This document shows positions 35,821 to 45,848 of a stretch of DNA of 64,000 nt, in pieces (within the stretch, counting starts at the first letter, position 1; the number at the start of each line of letters is the position of its first letter). Location: the IMG/VR virus record IMGVR_UViG_3300028388_004019, positions 32,001-96,000 of that record, one strand, 5' to 3'. The notes under the pieces are model-generated. The model worked only from the letters and a program-made list of their open reading frames with translations. It was not told the DNA's origin and ran no database searches. The stretch is from a virus. The position numbers and the translations under genes are program-made.

Positions 35821-38181
35821 TCAGGATTCTTTCCTCAAACTTCCGTCGTAATGGTCAAATCTATCGTGTTCAGTCGGACTTAATAACAAGATACCTGGTT
35901 TAATGTTACCCTTGATTGTTTCTTGGAACATATAAGACATCCAAGTTTGCTCATAAGGACGAGCCCATTTCTCCGTTAAGAACATCTTTTCATTACCGTA
36001 TTTCGATACAATCTGAGGCCAGTTACAGTAATAAATCTCACCATGTGCAAATGGTATTCCTTGGAATGTGTCTATTTTAGTGATTTTAGTTTTTGGTGCG
36101 TTAGGGTCCAATCCTTGAACAGGTAGATTTGGTTTTTCTGGCCAATGTTCTTCCCTAATATGTTGTGGAACATTATACCACGCCCATTGAACCGTATTGT
36201 CACCATAAAATTCTGTATAAGATAACTTTAAGAAATCAAAGTTGTTTTTCTTTGCAATTTTTAATGAGTTTCTGTATAGATTCTTCACATATCTGTTGAA
36301 TCCATTCTTACAAACCTCACCTTGTTTTGGATAGAAGAACATATCATCTTCAAAGAAGAAATAATAATCAAATCCTCTCTCCTCAGCATCCTCAGCAACC
36401 CACTGACGACCACCACAAATACCTAAGTTGTCTTTCTTAACATAAATCATATTATATTCTTTTGCCAACTCTTCATATTCAGGTGATGTCGATAAATCTG
36501 TTGAATTATCTAAGACAACCCATTGAGGTTTCGTCACAAAATCCTCATCATATTGTTTCATCGACTCAATCAATGTTTTTATCTGATTTGGACTATTAAA
36601 TGTAATAACATATAAACCTACATTGGTAATATCTAAATCATTTTTGATTACCTCAAACCTCATCTCATCCATCGGTTTGTGTCTATCCTGTTTGACATCC
36701 TCAAAGAACTTATTAATCAACCCATTCCCTTCGATTGGGAAGTATTGGTAGTTCTCAGGGTATCTATATAACAATAAGGTAAATAGAGACTCCTCAGTAC
36801 CCATATAACCCTGATTAAGGGTGGATTTCATAATACCGTAATACTCATTATTAAAATCAGCAATATCTTCAATAGGACCACCAAAGAACCCACCACGACA
36901 AACTTTATTGACTTTAGCATTTGCAATCTCATTCATCTTATTAATCTCGAAACCGTGAATCTCAGTATTCGATTCATAAGGGAACGCAATGAAAGTCATC
37001 TTATCAATCTTTGTCAACTTATCCAATACTCTATCATGTGTAAAGTAACCTGAATGTACGGTATTAGTAATACCAGCATCCAACCAGAATAAGTGTGTTG
37101 AACCAAACTTATCCATAATCTTAGCATCGTGTAACAAATATGGTTTTGACATCACCAATGGATTGTACATATCCAATCTACCTTGAGTAGATTCTGATAA
37201 CCATCCCACCTGATTTTGCCATTCAGGGTTTGTACGAATGTTTTGAATTGGTTCATAGAATTCTCCTTTGAACCACTCTTGGCTACGACTGATGAACTGT
37301 GTTGTCTCATCTGACCTTCTCTCCATAACAAAATCCCTTAATTCCTCATCACCAAATACAATCATGTTGTAAGGTATCTTAAGAATTTCATCAAATTTTT
37401 TTAAATAATGTTCAAAACTACGTGACCAACCTTCCGCTAATTCATCACGTTTAATGTTCCATAACCCTGTTACTATAGTAATTCCGTTGTTTTCCATTTC
37501 TCCGTAAAGTTCTTTATAAATGTATTTTTTTATTCCGACGATATCTCCGCCCTCAAGACCATAAACATAATCATGTTGGTCAAATTTTTGAATGATATTT
37601 TGTTGGTCTTCTTCTTCCAAACTTCCCCACTCTATTCTAACAATCTTTGGTGAATGTCTTTCAAAATCAATTTGTTTGAAGATAACATAGTCATGACCTT
37701 CAGCATCAATTTTAATAACATCATAATCAATGATTTCATGCTTATTTAATAATGAATCTAAGGTGATTGTTGGAACCTTAATTCTCACTCCATATTTTTC
37801 TACAGTATCTCTATCACCTTCACTAGCCAAACCATTTTTTGGTGGATATATTGCACTCATACCCATAAAACAATGGTGGATATCTTTATTTTCAATAGCA
37901 AAAGGATTGATGGTTAACATTTCAACCTCACCATTTTTATCAGACACCGCAGAGTTTTCAAACTTATGTTTGTCACCCAAATTCTTCACCAGTTTATGAA
38001 AGTAATAAGGAATCGGTTCCACATATAAACCTGTGAAATCATATGCGTTGGTATACCCGATTAATTCATCAAATGTTTGTCCGTCCATCGCACCAATATT
38101 AAGTGTAAACAATTTATGTCCTTGTTTACCCAAATGGTGAAGTGCGTGATTGAAATAATCTGTTTTTTCTAATTGAATCAT
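35821..38181 (-). CDS. tri-domain protein: FkbM-family methyltransferase + HtrL/YibB-like domain + GT-A-like domain
   Basis: FkbM motifs NIGAMDG, VEP and IKIDAEGHD; HtrL-like ITIVTGLWNIKR...RSFEHYL and FWLDAG; C-terminal YVITFN...DNST...GICGGRQ...FFEDD (DxD-like). Confidence 0.75.
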   Translation of the reverse strand: MIQLEKTDYFNHALHHLGKQGHKLFTLNIGAMDGQTFDELIGYTNAYDFTGLYVEPIPYYFHKLVKNLGDKHKFENSAVSDKNGEVEMLTINPFAIENKDIHHCFMGMSAIYPPKNGLASEGDRDTVEKYGVRIKVPTITLDSLLNKHEIIDYDVIKIDAEGHDYVIFKQIDFERHSPKIVRIEWGSLEEEDQQNIIQKFDQHDYVYGLEGGDIVGIKKYIYKELYGEMENNGITIVTGLWNIKRDELAEGWSRSFEHYLKKFDEILKIPYNMIVFGDEELRDFVMERRSDETTQFISRSQEWFKGEFYEPIQNIRTNPEWQNQVGWLSESTQGRLDMYNPLVMSKPYLLHDAKIMDKFGSTHLFWLDAGITNTVHSGYFTHDRVLDKLTKIDKMTFIAFPYESNTEIHGFEINKMNEIANAKVNKVCRGGFFGGPIEDIADFNNEYYGIMKSTLNQGYMGTEESLFTLLLYRYPENYQYFPIEGNGLINKFFEDVKQDRHKPMDEMRFEVIKNDLDITNVGLYVITFNSPNQIKTLIESMKQYDEDFVTKPQWVVLDNSTDLSTSPEYEELAKEYNMIYVKKDNLGICGGRQWVAEDAEERGFDYYFFFEDDMFFYPKQGEVCKNGFNRYVKNLYRNSLKIAKKNNFDFLKLSYTEFYGDNTVQWAWYNVPQHIREEHWPEKPNLPVQGLDPNAPKTKITKIDTFQGIPFAHGEIYYCNWPQIVSKYGNEKMFLTEKWARPYEQTWMSYMFQETIKGNIKPGILLLSPTEHDRFDHYDGSLRKES

Positions 38182-38363
38182 TAACTAATTACAATAAAGT
38201 TTTTCTGCCACCCTTTATACTCAGTCCAAGTCTTACCCAAAAGTTCCGCAGTTTCAACTGCAAAATTGTATTCGTCTTCTCTGTATGTATCATCCATAAT
38301 AATTGGTACTGAAGTGTCCAATCCCTTTAACTTAGGGAAAATATAATTCAAAACTATATTCAT
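38181..38363 (-). pseudogene. 60-aa ORF, possibly an internally deleted remnant of a SAM-dependent methyltransferase
   Basis: Coupled to both neighbours. DTSVPIIMDDTYREDE resembles only the C-terminal part of a class I MTase; no SAM-binding loop is present. Confidence 0.3.
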
Positions 38364-39238
38364 AATTGTTCAAAGAATTTGTAGAAGCTGATTTTACCCT
38401 CCAAAAATTCAGGTGTGACCGATTTATCAGTTAAGTTTGAGTCATCGTGGTACCACGTATTAAACTTAAAACTATTATAATTTTCAGGTTTGTCATAAAC
38501 CATTGTAGACATCATCGCCTCATGGTTCAAAAGAAACTCCTTATCCAAACACACCTGAGCGTAATTCTCAAACCTTTCAAAAAAGTCGGGTAACTTACTC
38601 ACATGACCACCAATAATACCACCAATAGATAAAGAATCATAGTTGTGGTCTTTCTCCAAAATATCATTCAATTTTCTGTGGTCGTGGAAGAATAATGTGT
38701 TTCTAATATCAATTAATCTATCACCGACCCAATTATTGATTTTGTTAAATAATAAAGTATTGAAAATACCATCGTAAGTATACCGATATTTATTCACAGA
38801 TAATCCAGTAATTTTATCAGCATTTGAGTTATACCGTCTCGGATATAAACCAAGATGTGATAATCCACAATCTATCCAATATAGATAATCAATCCCTTCT
38901 TCCATCTCATCTTCCATCAAAGCAATTTTAGCCCATCCGACTTCCAAATAAAATTTGAATTTATCAGGATTTTTTTCTTTAATTTCAATCATCTTTTTAC
39001 TATGACGAATATCTTCAAGTTCTTTGACTTTAATTGTTACATTATCTACCTGATTTTCATCCATATAGTTTTGTAACGCTTCTGCCGTGTTAGAACCTGT
39101 ATAACAAACAATCGGTAAACCCATTTCAGATAGTTGAACCAATGAATTGATGTACCTATCCCAACGAGCTTGAACCTTATGACCAAAGAAAGGGAAATCA
39201 CCCAAACCAAAATATAAAAAAGTTACTAATTTTGTCAT
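38360..39238 (-). CDS. HtrL/YibB-like putative glycosyltransferase
   Basis: TKLVTFLY...RWDRYINSL and YLYWIDCGLSH parallel the HtrL-like domain of the downstream gene. Confidence 0.55.
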   Translation of the reverse strand: MTKLVTFLYFGLGDFPFFGHKVQARWDRYINSLVQLSEMGLPIVCYTGSNTAEALQNYMDENQVDNVTIKVKELEDIRHSKKMIEIKEKNPDKFKFYLEVGWAKIALMEDEMEEGIDYLYWIDCGLSHLGLYPRRYNSNADKITGLSVNKYRYTYDGIFNTLLFNKINNWVGDRLIDIRNTLFFHDHRKLNDILEKDHNYDSLSIGGIIGGHVSKLPDFFERFENYAQVCLDKEFLLNHEAMMSTMVYDKPENYNSFKFNTWYHDDSNLTDKSVTPEFLEGKISFYKFFEQL

Positions 39239-40806
39239 TTTCTAAAGTAATAATCCTCTAATAAGAGACAATCCATTTCTGTTTTATCATAGACTTTTAA
39301 AGCATCTGAGTATCTTGAAAGAATAGGTTTACCGTTCACATTGAATGATGTATTTAATAAAACACCAATTCCTGATTTCTCTTCAAACTCAGTCAATAGG
39401 TTATACAACCAAGGATTTTGTTCTTCTGTAACTGTCTGAACTCGAGCAGTACCATCAACATGAGTAATCGAAACTAATTGCTCTCTCCACTCTTCTCTTA
39501 CCGTTGGACAAAAACTCATCCATCTACTCTCACCTTCGAAATCAAAGTATTTTTCAACATCTTCTAATTTACAAACTGGTGCAAATGGTCTGTACCATTC
39601 TCTATTTTTAACCTTCGCATTTAGAATATCTTTCATATCAGGATACGCTGGATTACAAATGATACTACGATTACCTAAAGCTCTCGGTCCATGTTCTGAC
39701 GTACCTCTTACAACACCAACAATTTTTCCATTGGATAAATCATCAGTCAAACTATCCATAGTCAACTCACGTCCTCGTCTTTCTTCAACGTGAGACATTA
39801 ATGTATGTCTGTCGAGAATCGGTACACCAGCATAAGTCACGTCAACCGCAGTTGCTGGTTTCATATGATTCAAAATCATACCAGTTGCAATACCACAGTC
39901 ATTTGGGTTAGGTGGAACAAACACAGGACGGTCTAATATCTGTTGTAGTTTGGTATTAAGAAGTATGTTAAGAGCACATCCACCAACTGTAATCAACGGG
40001 ATATCAGGATATTCATCCAAGAATGGTTGAGCCATCTCCATGAAAACATTTTCGAAGGCAATTTGTGAAGTTTTAGCAACGTCCCATCCTGTTTGTCCTG
40101 TAAATCGGTTATTCATATCGAAAACCAATCCTGTTTGTTCACCTAATTCACCCAAAAAATCGATATAGTTCAAACCATCGGGTTTTCTTCTATAGTAATT
40201 TTCGAAGTGTGGTAACCAATCTTCATTTACCTCACCATAAGAACATAGTCCCATGATTTTACCAGAATATACTAAGTTACCAATATTTAATGCGGGTTCC
40301 TTACGAATATCACCCAAATAATCACCAAATGACATATAAGGGAAACCTAAATCTAAATTATATTTGTCCAATAAGGTTATAGTTTCTCTATCAGACGCAT
40401 GATATACATTGAAGAAACCGTCATTACCACCTCCATCGAAAGAGATTATCAACGCTTCATTATAATCAGTCTGATATAAACCACAAGCCGCGTGACTCAA
40501 ATGGTGAAGACAGTTGATATGTTCTTTAGCAGGAATAAGTTTTTCATAGTGAACCTTAGTTCCACTTTCTAAAGTATCTGAGTTCAAGTAATAACACTTT
40601 TCATACTCAGAAATACCATATTCATCTTCGATAAATTTCAAGATATGTTTAAGTAGATAAGGTCTTGTATATGAAACCAAATACTGAGCATAACCAGCAT
40701 TCTTTTCACTCAAAAATCTTTCTACTTCAATTACTGTAATTAATTCTCCATTCTCCTCAACCGCAACCGCCGCGTTGTGAGAACCATAAAACGCAATATT
40801 CGCCAT
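39235..40806 (-). CDS. carbamoyltransferase (NodU/CmcH family)
   Basis: GSHNAAVA, ERF, HHLSHAA, SFDGGG, GKIMGL, GGCALN, PNDCG, EHGPRALGNRSI, RPFAP, HVDGTARVQ and LNTSFN motifs. Confidence 0.95.
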   Translation of the reverse strand: MANIAFYGSHNAAVAVEENGELITVIEVERFLSEKNAGYAQYLVSYTRPYLLKHILKFIEDEYGISEYEKCYYLNSDTLESGTKVHYEKLIPAKEHINCLHHLSHAACGLYQTDYNEALIISFDGGGNDGFFNVYHASDRETITLLDKYNLDLGFPYMSFGDYLGDIRKEPALNIGNLVYSGKIMGLCSYGEVNEDWLPHFENYYRRKPDGLNYIDFLGELGEQTGLVFDMNNRFTGQTGWDVAKTSQIAFENVFMEMAQPFLDEYPDIPLITVGGCALNILLNTKLQQILDRPVFVPPNPNDCGIATGMILNHMKPATAVDVTYAGVPILDRHTLMSHVEERRGRELTMDSLTDDLSNGKIVGVVRGTSEHGPRALGNRSIICNPAYPDMKDILNAKVKNREWYRPFAPVCKLEDVEKYFDFEGESRWMSFCPTVREEWREQLVSITHVDGTARVQTVTEEQNPWLYNLLTEFEEKSGIGVLLNTSFNVNGKPILSRYSDALKVYDKTEMDCLLLEDYYFRK

Positions 40807-42074
40807 TATAATGTACCTGTTAGTCTATCACACCATCCTTTTGAAGTTGAATAAGGCCAAACAACCCAATAAGCTGGTTTTTCAGTTATGTTAAATTGTC
40901 TCCAAACTTTACAGTAACCGTCAGGGTCATTCATCATACGGTCAATCTCTGCTCTGTCTGCATCCTTTCTGTAAATAGTGTTATCTTCCTTATCGTGGAA
41001 AGCAACAACCCAATATTCATAATCTTTCTCAGGAACTTGCTCATAACCAACATCAATACAATGTTTGTAAATAGTCGCAAAACTCTCCAACCATTCTTCT
41101 TTCGACACATATGAATCAATACCTGGGTTCGGTGGGTAGTTTTTATCTAAAGTGTATTGTTGTACACCTCTTTTACTGAATTTCAAACCTGAAAACTCTT
41201 CATATTCTTCCAAAGACCTCGTTGGACCAAACCCGTATTTACCTTCGTGACCTTCTTGAGATTCACCATCCATACCAAATAATTTTCTATTTGTTAAGTG
41301 TGAAGTATTGTTTTTACTGACCCAATCTTTATCATCATCCCATTGTTTAGTTCTACCTTTACGAGTATATTCGTGCCAAATCAAAACTTTGTGTGGATGG
41401 AACATATCATATCCCCATGTAAACGCTCTCGCCGCGATTGAAATCTCTTCCCCGTGGAAGTAGTACTCAGGATTGTGTTGAACCTCATTACTGAATTCAC
41501 CCAATGTGAAGCAGAAATGTGCCGAGTAAAATCTTGCAGGAACAGGTGTATCCAATTCTCTCCAACCTGGTATAGTCTCAGGTAAAAAGAATACCGCACC
41601 TTCAGGAATGAAACGGTCAAAGACCATTCTCCACGGTTCTTGCACTCTCGCCGCTGGGTCATTATCAGGGTCAAATGATGAAACATAACCTGTCAATAAA
41701 GGTTTCGGAATACCCATACCTTGTAAATCTTTGACCATCTTAATCATCTCCACGTCCCAATTTTTCTCAAATCTCATGTGTGAATCAATCTGTAATGTAT
41801 ACATTTCCCCGTCATACATCTGTTGAATCTGATTTCTTGCCCAACAGGCACCTTTAGACTCTTCATAAGGAACATCCATTATTCTGAATCTCTCATCATC
41901 ACGGTACTTGTCAAGGTTATCAAATCCATCTTCAGGATGGTATTGTCTACAAATCCCCAATATAACATTTTGGGGTCTTTTTGCGTTTTTTAACATATCT
42001 TCTATAGTTGGGACCAACTCAGGGTCTCGATATGACGCAATCTGTACGAAAATTTTCTGTGCTCTTCTTGCCAT
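40806..42074 (-). CDS. GT60-like (Pfam GlcNAc) polypeptide/hydroxyproline N-acetylglucosaminyltransferase
   Basis: IFVQIASYRD, GACWAR, QIDSHMRF..NWD, SAHFCF and GEE...AARAFTWGYD match the Gnt1/OGNT family pattern. Probable start MARRAQK at 42074. Confidence 0.8.
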   Translation of the reverse strand: MARRAQKIFVQIASYRDPELVPTIEDMLKNAKRPQNVILGICRQYHPEDGFDNLDKYRDDERFRIMDVPYEESKGACWARNQIQQMYDGEMYTLQIDSHMRFEKNWDVEMIKMVKDLQGMGIPKPLLTGYVSSFDPDNDPAARVQEPWRMVFDRFIPEGAVFFLPETIPGWRELDTPVPARFYSAHFCFTLGEFSNEVQHNPEYYFHGEEISIAARAFTWGYDMFHPHKVLIWHEYTRKGRTKQWDDDKDWVSKNNTSHLTNRKLFGMDGESQEGHEGKYGFGPTRSLEEYEEFSGLKFSKRGVQQYTLDKNYPPNPGIDSYVSKEEWLESFATIYKHCIDVGYEQVPEKDYEYWVVAFHDKEDNTIYRKDADRAEIDRMMNDPDGYCKVWRQFNITEKPAYWVVWPYSTSKGWCDRLTGTL

Positions 42075-42136
42075 AATTTTAATGTTTGTAATAAGAATAA
42101 TCAAAGATTATTTAAGATAAAGTGATATTTATAGAT

Positions 42137-42310
42137 ATGAAACTTCTAAAAACAATAAAACATTTAGTACAAGAGTCGGAAGAAAACTTGGAAAACGCAT
42201 TACATACTAATACGTCACCGAAAGAACTTAAGGCTTTAGAAGAAAACTATACTGAATCTTTGAATCTACTTTCATTATTTGAAAGTTTAGAGCAAGAAAA
42301 AGAGGACTAA
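42137..42310 (+). CDS. small acidic protein
   Basis: ATG at 42137 lies 4 nt after a TATTTAT motif (42126-42132); MKLLKTIKHLVQESEE... Confidence 0.6.
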   Translation: MKLLKTIKHLVQESEENLENALHTNTSPKELKALEENYTESLNLLSLFESLEQEKED

Positions 42311-42328
42311 TTTCTTAACCCTCTTTTT
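42297..42328 (-). terminator. intrinsic terminator of the fibre gene (possibly bidirectional)
   Basis: Minus strand GAGGGTTAA-GAAA-TTAGTCCTC-TTTTT, with G:U pairs and a GNRA loop; T run on the plus side as well. Confidence 0.7.
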
Positions 42329-42354
42329 TTATCACTTTTCTTTATATTGTTTTA

Positions 42355-45300
42355 TTATTGTTGTGTATATTCAACTTCAATCTTATCAACATCAATTCTT
42401 TCCGCCTGAATAAAGTAGTAACAGTCAATCTTATTACTGAATAGGTTACCATTCTGAATATATACCACCCAATCCTTAATCTCTTTAACATATAAGTTTT
42501 GGTGTGAACCTACTGAGGTCAACTGAACAGTAATTGAATCAGGGTCAACCAAATCCTTCCAATATTCAGGAAGTTCGATTTCCTTATCATTCAATTGTCT
42601 ACCTCTAATATAGATACCGTGTTCAGGACCCTCCAAGTTACCATGCTTCAACCTCATACCCTGTTCTTTCTTCTCAGAGTTCGGGTGTGGAATGTCGAAG
42701 GCTTTGGATGTTGCCATTAAGTTTCCTTGACCGTCTACACTAAATACTCTTGCTCCACCCGCCTCATAACCTGAAACAAGGAATGTATTTGGGTCTGATG
42801 AATCCAATTCTAATACATTATCATAAGTTTCGTCGGCTTCAATCATAACTCTTGTTAAACTTCTGTTAGCCTGTGTAGTTTTTCTAAATTTCGTATTAGC
42901 CGCTCCTGTAGTTTTGAATTCTAAATTATTACCGTTTTGTGTAACTGTTCTGGCTGCCGATAAAGTTCCATCAGAACTATAGATATTCGTATTACCTGCG
43001 GAAGTTATATATCCAGCATCATTATTAAATCCACTGTTATTAATGTTACCTTTGGTAAGTTTCTTTTGATTGTTTGATGAATCAACCACCACAAAGAAAT
43101 CACCATCATCATTCGAAGTCGATGTAGTCAATTCAGATAAATCAACAGAGATAGTATCAGCGGCGACATCAATACCTGTACCAGCACCTACGTTTAGAGT
43201 TATAGAACTACCCAAAGAAACAGAACCACCGTTAGTAAGACCATTTCCTGCGAAAACCGTAAGTGAAGAATTTGCCAATGAAGAGTTAGGTACATTAGAT
43301 AATCCTAAGGCTATCGTACCACTTGTTGTAATTGGTGACCCTGAATCCACATCTATACCATCAGACCCTGAGATTGCTACTGAGGTCACAGTACCACTCG
43401 AATTCGTATATGGTAAGTCAGATATCAAACCTTTCTTAACATTATTGTCCGTGGCATCGTGATAGATGATAGTATCAGTAAGTGCAATGCCTGTACCTTC
43501 TAAATCCGTTGCAGAATTTATAAAGTTATTAGTACCCGAGTAATCTAATCCAACAGTATTAGCCGCTACAGAAACACCCGTACCTGCACCTACATTTAAG
43601 GTTGTCGAACCACCCAATGAAACAGAACCACCGTTAGTAAGACCATTTCCTGCGGTTACCGTAAGTGAAGAATTTGCAAGTTTCGCATTGGTTACATTAG
43701 CATCTGTAATCTTTACAGTAGTTACTGCATTTGTGGCTAATTCAGCGGTATTGACGACACCCGCATCAATCGAAGCATTTAATTGTACGTCCGTAGAACC
43801 ATCGAAGGAAATTGCTGATGCGGTAATATCACCTGTAATCGAGAAGTTTCTCGGTGCTTCTAAGGTTGTTGCGGTTCCAGCATTACCATCAAGATTTCCT
43901 TGTACATCACCTGTAAGTGGACCAGTTATGGAGTTGAAAGATACATCATCACCCGTGGCTACTGATTGGTCTTGACCACCCAAATATCCCCATTGTGCTG
44001 CTGATATCGTAGTTGTACCGATATTTGCTAATTGAGTAGCCTCTGCCGATGTCATTGAAACACCTTGAATCTTAGTGACTGTACCGTTTAATGAAACGTT
44101 ACCAGTACCATCGAAAGATACATTGGATGCCGTAACATCTCCAGTAATTGAAAAGTTTCTTGCAGTCTCAAGTGCTGTCGCGGTGTCCGCATTTCCAGTG
44201 ACATCACCTGTCACATTACCAGTAACATTACCAGTAACATTACCTGTAAGGTTACCACTGAAGGCTGTAGATGTAACCGAAGTGAGACCTGCGAGTGTTG
44301 TTGAGGACGCACCTAAATCAATACTTGTACTACCAATAGTCACACTGTCATTTGATAAAGCACTATTTGGAATGTTTGACCAAAAACCTGTAATATCTTG
44401 TGCTGAAGAACCATCATTCAACCCTAAAGAGAGACTTCCTGAAGTGAAGGTTCCACCTGTTACATATGTATTAACGGAATTACCTACTGTTAAATCAATC
44501 GTATCTGTTCCTGAATTACCCACAATGGTTACAGTACTGTCAGAAGACGTAAAGTTCAGAGTACCACCCAATGGTACAACAGGGTCAGAACCTGAAGGTG
44601 CATTCACAGTAAATGACGAATTTGAAAGTGAAGAATTAGGTACATTTGATAAACCTAAGGCTATTGTACCGTTTGTCGTAATCGGCGAACCTGAATCAAC
44701 ATCAATACCATCTGAACCTGAAATTGCTACCGAAGTTACAGTACCTTGATTATTTGAAAACGGTAAAGCTAAAACATCATAATATAATACATTGTTAGAT
44801 GCATTACTAACAGGTATGTGCCATGATGTTTGTATGTCACCAGTACCTGCTCCTGAGGCTAAAATATAATTGTCTGTTCCTGCGTAGTCGAGAGCTACAT
44901 CATTCGTGTTTACTACGATACCAGTACCCGCACCCACATTCAATGTAGTTGAACCACCTAAGGAAACTGAACCTCCATTGGCTAAACCATTACCAGCACT
45001 TACCGTAAGTGAAGAATTTGCAAGTTGAGAATTAGTTATCTGTCCATTACTTACATCAGCAATGATGTCATCACCAGTAATTTGACCACCTAATGAGATG
45101 TCAGAACCCGCAATATCAATCGATGAATTAGCTAATGAAGTATTTGGAACATTAGATAAACCTAAAGTAATTGTTCCACTTGTTGTTATTGGTGAACCTG
45201 AATCAACGTCAATACCATCAGTACCACTAATAGCTACTGAAGTAACTGTACCTGAGTTATTAGAGAATGGTAAATCAGAAATTAAACCTTTCTTAACATT

Positions 45301-45744
45301 ATTATCTGTAGCATCGTGGTAAACAATAGTATCAGAAGTTGCGATTGAAGTTCCTTCTAAGTTAGTTGCCGAGTCAATAAAGTTGTTTGTTCCCGAATAA
45401 TCAAGAGCCACATCATTAGCGTTTACAACTATACCTGTTCCTGCACCAACGTTAAGTGTTACAGAACCGCCTAAAGAAACTGAACCTCCGTTCGCTAAAC
45501 CTGAACCCGCAGTCACTGTAAGTGAAGAATTGTCTAAAGATGCGTTTGGAATAGTGCCGAAAGAGAGAGCGCCCGAACCATTAGTCAATAATACCTCATC
45601 AGCAGACCCATCTGAAGTTGGGAATGTATATGCTGAATTAAATTCTATAACACCACCCGTTGAAATGTTGATACGGGTAGTCGTATTTGTTCTAAGATTC
45701 AATCCTGAACTATTACTATAATAAACTCCGTTATGGTTTGCCAT
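42355..45744 (-). CDS. tail-fibre-like protein (1129 aa) with internal repeats and a conserved C-terminal domain
   Basis: G/S/T/N-rich repeats, RNFSITGDVTASNVSFDGTGNV fibre repeat, and C-terminal KAFDIPHP...LEGPEHGIYIRG...LPEYW...TVQLT typical of phage fibre C-termini. Confidence 0.75.
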   Translation of the reverse strand: MANHNGVYYSNSSGLNLRTNTTTRINISTGGVIEFNSAYTFPTSDGSADEVLLTNGSGALSFGTIPNASLDNSSLTVTAGSGLANGGSVSLGGSVTLNVGAGTGIVVNANDVALDYSGTNNFIDSATNLEGTSIATSDTIVYHDATDNNVKKGLISDLPFSNNSGTVTSVAISGTDGIDVDSGSPITTSGTITLGLSNVPNTSLANSSIDIAGSDISLGGQITGDDIIADVSNGQITNSQLANSSLTVSAGNGLANGGSVSLGGSTTLNVGAGTGIVVNTNDVALDYAGTDNYILASGAGTGDIQTSWHIPVSNASNNVLYYDVLALPFSNNQGTVTSVAISGSDGIDVDSGSPITTNGTIALGLSNVPNSSLSNSSFTVNAPSGSDPVVPLGGTLNFTSSDSTVTIVGNSGTDTIDLTVGNSVNTYVTGGTFTSGSLSLGLNDGSSAQDITGFWSNIPNSALSNDSVTIGSTSIDLGASSTTLAGLTSVTSTAFSGNLTGNVTGNVTGNVTGDVTGNADTATALETARNFSITGDVTASNVSFDGTGNVSLNGTVTKIQGVSMTSAEATQLANIGTTTISAAQWGYLGGQDQSVATGDDVSFNSITGPLTGDVQGNLDGNAGTATTLEAPRNFSITGDITASAISFDGSTDVQLNASIDAGVVNTAELATNAVTTVKITDANVTNAKLANSSLTVTAGNGLTNGGSVSLGGSTTLNVGAGTGVSVAANTVGLDYSGTNNFINSATDLEGTGIALTDTIIYHDATDNNVKKGLISDLPYTNSSGTVTSVAISGSDGIDVDSGSPITTSGTIALGLSNVPNSSLANSSLTVFAGNGLTNGGSVSLGSSITLNVGAGTGIDVAADTISVDLSELTTSTSNDDGDFFVVVDSSNNQKKLTKGNINNSGFNNDAGYITSAGNTNIYSSDGTLSAARTVTQNGNNLEFKTTGAANTKFRKTTQANRSLTRVMIEADETYDNVLELDSSDPNTFLVSGYEAGGARVFSVDGQGNLMATSKAFDIPHPNSEKKEQGMRLKHGNLEGPEHGIYIRGRQLNDKEIELPEYWKDLVDPDSITVQLTSVGSHQNLYVKEIKDWVVYIQNGNLFSNKIDCYYFIQAERIDVDKIEVEYTQQ

Positions 45745-45780
45745 TTTATATGTTTTCTCTTTCTTTTATTTTTTGGCTAT

Positions 45781-45800
45781 GGGGGAGGGTTAACTCCCCC
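45781..45800. other. strong GC hairpin in the 5' leader of the fibre gene
   Basis: GGGGGAG-N6-CTCCCCC with no U tract following on either strand; downstream of TATTTAT at 45815-45821. Confidence 0.6.
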
Positions 45801-45848
45801 AATCATATCTAATGATAAATACTTTTCAAATAATTTATAGTGTATAAA

